From assembly GCF_001447785.1 (NCBI RefSeq), contig NW_015171530.1, positions 124,001-188,000 on the forward strand: a stretch of DNA of 64,000 bases. Reading direction: 5' to 3'. This document shows positions 60,093 through 64,000 of the stretch, one piece after another. The notes below the pieces were generated by a model. The model did not search any database and had not been told where the DNA came from. It saw only the letters and a program-made list of their open reading frames with translations. The DNA is from Gekko japonicus. Lineage: Eukaryota. The position numbers and the translations under genes were made by a program. Every line of letters begins with the position of its first letter. Positions within the stretch are counted from its first letter, which is position 1.

Positions 60093-60098
60093 AATAAA
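60093..60098 (+). terminator. Probable polyadenylation signal of KIF22
   Basis: First AATAAA after the stop at 59594; the intervening 3' UTR contains a SINE. Confidence 0.45.
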
Positions 60099-62138
60099 TC
60101 CTTACTGATTTCCATAAGGAATGCTCTAACCAGAGACAGTAGCAGTTATAGTATCAACTACACAGTCTGAGATTTTGCAAAGTTAAATGTTTAGGACAAA
60201 AGTCAACTCCTGTTCTACTTCCTTCAGTAGGTGAAAGAAAAAATAATAGAGTACTGTAATGGGTGGAGGTAGATGGAGAAGAGAGAATCTGCTTTTATGA
60301 GGAGAAAAGCTTGTGGAGTAACAGTGTGAATGGTTTTCAAAAGGTTAAGTGGACTGACTCTCTTAGCAACTAGGTTTCAGGATACTTAGCAAGGCCGAAG
60401 AATTCTTGTAACAGTTTAGGCCCAAGCATGGGCTGCATCATATCTAGTTCGAGGGTGTCTAGGATGTTTTTAGTCTATTTCATTTATATGCCACTTTTAT
60501 CATTTATCATCCCAACAACTCTGCGAGGTAGGTTAGGATGAAAGAGTTTAACTGGCCCAAGATGACCCAGCAATCTTCCATAGATTAAAACGTGGGTCTC
60601 CCAGATCCTAGCCTGCCACTTTGGCTGTAACAAACTCAGGTTGAAATCTTGGATCAGTAAATATTACTGTATATGCATATACAGTGACAAAAGCTTTTCT
60701 CTGTAATGGTCTGTGCTGCTGCCAGGCTGGGTAATTCTACACACTGCTTGTATCCCTGTCTGCAAAGGGAGAGGAAAGGATTTCAGTGAAACATAGCCTG
60801 GACTTCCAAAACTGCACCAAGAACCACCGTTGCATAACAAACCAGTGCAGGAGAGGGGTTAGTGTGTCTAGGACCAGGATTCAGATCACACTTCCTGATG
60901 CTCACTGGGTGGCTTTGGGCCTGTCACTCTCAGCCCAACCTACCTCCCAGGCTTGGGCAGGTAAAGCAGATCTCTTGGCGGTACGGTAGAATAAGAATGC
61001 AAGATAGCTGTTTCATGGAGGATGTGTAGCTGTAAGCCAGAATGACTAAACATGCAGAAGCAGTACCAGTATCACTTTTATGGGCACATTTAATAGGGCT
61101 GTTCTCAACCTGTCGTAAAGCAGGTGCTCCCATGAGTGCTTATGCCACAATAACTCTTAATTAGCCTCAGATGTGATAAGACTGCTTCCTGATGTTAGTG
61201 CCTGTCTATCCTTAGGCATAGCATGAGCATGAGGAAAGACCTCTATGAGGCTGAGAAAGGTGCTGCTTAAATTTCTTAGTGGTGCTTTCTATCCCTACGC
61301 AGGACTACATATGTAAAGCGTGTGTGTGTGTACACAAAGTGCAGCCAACTTCTAATGACCCCATAAGGATTTCAAGGCAAGAGATGTTCAGAGGTGGTTT
61401 GCCATGGCCTGTCTCTGCAAAACACCCCCGGTATTCCTTGGTGGTCTCCCATCCAAATCCTAACCAGGGCTGACCCTGCTTAGCTTCTGAGATCAAGCTA
61501 GCCTGGGCTACTACCAACAGATGAAAACTTTAATATTGAAATAAAAACATGAACTCACCGTATAACGGCCACAAGCAGTATGGATTGAAAACATTCCACA
61601 ATATGTAGTAATGAGATTTAGCATGGACTTTGGAAACCACCAAATGACAGTCTTATCAGGTCCTCCACCTACAGGATACCAGCTGAGTCTCACCCTGCAA
61701 ACTCAAGCCTTTCCCGCAGAGAGGGTGAGAGACGGGATGAAGAGTACGTTGTTCTAAGGAATCAGTTCAGAATCTTCTCCAAAAACACATACATTCTGAC
61801 GAATACAAACACTTCTCTTCCAAAGAGTAAAAAGCTGCAAACATAAGAGCACTTCCTGGATAAGTCCCATTAAAACGAGGCCCAGGGTGGGATAGAACCA
61901 CTAAGTCTATTTTAGCATCTGAAGAGGTGGGCTCTAGTCCACAAGCATTTATGCCGGAATAAAGGTTCTCTAGTCAGTAAAGCGCCACCTCTTTATTCCT
62001 AAAGGGTGGTGACTGGACTCTTGTGGCATAAGATACTTGGGCTAAAGGGTGAGGAACTGTAGACTGTACCACAGCTTGTAGGAAGTACTATCTGTTGCTG
62101 TAAGTTGGTTCCTATGTAATTTTTGCTTTTGTCTAATG

Positions 62139-62646
62139 CAAGGGGTCCCCAACCTTTTTGAGCCTGTGGCAGGGTTCCCAAGTACCTACCTATGATCCGG
62201 TGGGGGACACATGCTTCCCCGCTGGAAGATTCTTGCTTGGAACACAGGCGCTGCACTATTCTGTTGGCCAGACGTGACGTAGGCACATAACTGGGTGATG
62301 CTCTGGTAATGGGACTGGAAACTCGATGGTACAGCGCCTGTGTTTTCCCCATGGGAATGGTCCCGCGAGGAACTATACATTTCCCGCCGAACTAAGGTAA
62401 GTACTTGGGAGCCATGGCCTGTGGGCCCCTTTGGAATTACAGTGTGGTGGACACAGCCACAAAATGGCTGCCACAGCTTAGTGTAGTGGCAGCAGCTGTC
62501 AAGGCAACATTTTAAAAAATCTGCACAGCCAATCAGAAGCCTCGCTGGGCAAAAGCCCCACCCACTTCCAAAAAAAATACTTGGGTGCCTGGAATGGTGT
62601 TGGTGGGCACCATGTTGCCTATGGGGCACCACATTGGAGACCCCTG
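62139..62646. mobile_element. Degenerate hAT-type element
   Basis: AGGGGTCCCCAA...TTGGAGACCCCTG ends; degenerate TSD. Confidence 0.5.
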
Positions 62647-64000
62647 GTTTAATACTTATTCTGTGCTTCACCTCTGGTTTCCAGATTTCTACTTCATTCC
62701 TTTTTCATTGTCTGCTGCAATGCTTCCCAGTGTTTTTGCTACGGTAACCCACAAGTCCCAATTCACTTGATTTGGTGATCAATCCAGGGCTGGCCCAAGG
62801 ATTTATGGTGCCCTGGGCAAACTGTGACCTTTGCACCCATCTAGTTAATCATTCCATTTTCTATAGAGCCCAATGAGATGTTTTCGAGAAACTAAACCAC
62901 ATAAAAAACCACATAGTGCCCCCCTAAGCAAGTGGTGTTCCTACACACACAGTCTTTGCATATTGAGGTTACATTTCAGCCTTTGACCACCCTCTCCTCC
63001 ATTATTCCCTCTAATAATCCGGTCTAAGGTTCTAAGAAAATTCATTCTAGTAAGAAATTCAAGTGTGTCCTGAGGTTTACTAACCAACACACATAGATGG
63101 TGAAGAAAAAATACCAACTAATGTATGACATGGAAGATACTATTTCCAGGGTCAGATATGAAAGAGCAATGGAGAGGGCGGGGTGGTCATTAGGGAGGAC
63201 TGGGCCAAGACCCACTTTTGGGTGCTGACTGAGACACACTGGGCTACTGCATGTCTCACTCTGTTGACTGTACTGATTGATTCTGCGTAGTCTGCCTTGA
63301 ATCCCAGTGAGAAAGTCGGACTACAAATGAATAAGATTGGGGGGGGGAGGTCCTACACAAAGAGGTATCTTGTCGAAGCAGCATAAATTCTGACAAACTA
63401 CCAGATTACACACATTTGAGTCCAGTAGCGCCTGAGAGACCAACAAGATTTTTGGGATATAAGCTTTAGAGAGTGTACGTCTTTCGAAGGGGCTCTTTGG
63501 TTTCCCCTCCAAAGCATCTGAACCGTCTCCCACAGCACCCACAACAGGGAAGCCAGGAGCCCTGGAGACCTGGCTCGTACCCACGGAGGGGCATTTGGGA
63601 GCAGAGCCCTGCCCCACCACCTGAGGATGCCAGGCACCCCTACCCACACCCCAGTGTGCCTAGTACAACAGCAGCCGCCAGGCCTAGTGAAAGGGAAGCC
63701 GCCCTGCAGCTTTTGGTCACTTTCACTCCTGGGGATCAGCTGTTAGGTTTAACAACTCAGCAGAGGGGAGTGAAACTAACCAGAGGCGGCAGGGCAACTT
63801 TACTTTCCTTCCCCAGCCTCCCGGCTGCTGCAGGGGGCTGGGGATGGAGTGGAAAGACGCCCTGCCACTTTGGGTCAATTTCACTCCCCTCCGATCAGCA
63901 GTTAGCGCTAACAGCGGTTGGTCAAGAGTGAAACTGACCAGAAGCTGGGCGTGAAATGCAACTGAGGTTTGAAGAGCTGCGATTCATTTTTATCTTATTT

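Overview
Vertebrate genomic DNA, almost certainly a squamate reptile (probably a gecko, inferred from the repeats: BovB, Sauria SINE, abundant CORE-type SINEs and hAT MITEs). The window holds four spliced protein-coding genes whose human orthologues lie in 16p11.2. SEZ6L2 is on the - strand with 13 coding exons here; its 3' end runs off the left edge. ASPHD1 (+, 3 coding exons) and PAGR1 (-, 3 coding exons) are complete. KIF22 (+) has 12 clear coding exons plus an uncertain first exon. I assembled the exons by hand; all have GT-AG boundaries and consistent phase. SEZ6L2/ASPHD1 and PAGR1/KIF22 are head-to-head pairs, and ASPHD1/PAGR1 are tail-to-tail. Introns are packed with SINEs, LINE fragments and MITEs, several nested. 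There are two N gaps. I found no convincing wholly new biological system. The most notable oddities are a CpG-decayed copy of the PAGR1 promoter/first-exon region, an apparent precise intron absence in KIF22, two dense RFX-like motif clusters, a missing iron-ligand His in ASPHD1, a 5S-rRNA-headed SINE, and two different MITEs inserted at the same 8-bp site. Gene names and comparisons with human rest on my recall of the human proteins and gene structures, not on a database search.
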